Shown piece by piece: positions 63,233-64,000 of a stretch of 64,000 nt of DNA. Each line of letters begins with the position of its first letter. Within the stretch, counting starts at the first letter, position 1. Below the pieces are notes generated by a model that worked only from the letters and a program-made list of their open reading frames with translations, had not been told where the DNA came from and ran no database searches. Origin of the DNA: Raillietiella orientalis (Eukaryota); NCBI GenBank assembly GCA_036172245.1, contig JAYWIR010000008.1:372001-436000 (forward strand). Reading direction: 5' to 3'. The position numbers and the translations under genes were made by a program.

Positions 63233-64000
63233 TGCTGCTCGCTCGTGCCGCTCGTGGTCATCATCCTCGGCTCGCCGGATCACGCCTAATATCCAGAATC
63301 CAAGCCATCTGAGATTCAAGCGACCACTACCACCGGATGCGCTCTTTCCTCAGGGACGACCCTTCCGCGACGCACCCATTGCTGGATCCCAGAGAAACAC
63401 TGCAAAACAACCGACACGTCCATCAACAGCCACCAACACGTGTCAACAAACATCTGTTTGGCTCGTACAACACACACGCAACCACACGCTTTCCCCACGA
63501 CACTGCGGACGTCGTCGGTCCGCTTTGCATTCCCAGAAGCTTCCGGCCGACCCACCGGGCGCGCACACCTCGCCAGCACCTCTCTTCTTCCACACTGCGG
63601 AATTGGATAATGGTCGCGCACCAGCTTCCCACCAGCACCCCCGTCGGTTCGTCTCGGAAGCTTCCTCCGTGCAAGCAGCATCCCCGATTCCAAGACAAAC
63701 CGGAAACTCGTTCGCCAAAGGAACGCAGCCACCCGGCTCCCGCACCCCGTCTTCGGTCTTTTCTGAGTCCTCAGCCCAGCCCTGCTCCTACCACTTCCTT
63801 CGCAGCCACTCCCTACCGCCATGCACCGGGCCAACCTGCGGTGCTTCCCTTCCCGCCAGAGTGGCGGACGCGCTCTGCCAGCGAACAGGAGGCCCACCCG
63901 CCTGACCGGCAAGCAAGCGAAACGGCAGCTGCCACCAAAGAGCCAGAACGAAGGCGAAGCACGCCGGCCGGTGGCACCATCCTGCCGCCGATCCAGCGCT

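Overview
Eukaryotic, repeat-dense genomic DNA; I found no intact host gene. The window is a nest of at least 14 copies or fragments of L1/Tx1-type non-LTR retrotransposons (APE endonuclease, YADD reverse transcriptase, C-terminal CCHC finger, zinc-knuckle ORF1), lying on both strands and often inserted into each other. Most copies end in a conserved, multi-hairpin 3' terminus without a poly(A) tail (consensus ...AATAAAYGCCCCGG-N4/5-CCGGGTGAAAA). Many have recognisable 10-16 bp target-site duplications (TSDs) that are not T-rich. Removing one nested insertion restores an apparently uninterrupted ORF2 of about 1188 aa. Also present: a decayed R2/NeSL/Utopia-like RT element, a fold-back mariner, an unidentified tRNA-headed repeat (3-4 copies), a 2.2-kb near-perfect inverted repeat around a 10-kb spacer containing an AT-rich island, local segmental duplications, two copies of an orphan GAS2-like first exon, and two near length-conserving sequence replacements. 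All alignments were done by eye, so boundaries without TSD support are approximate.
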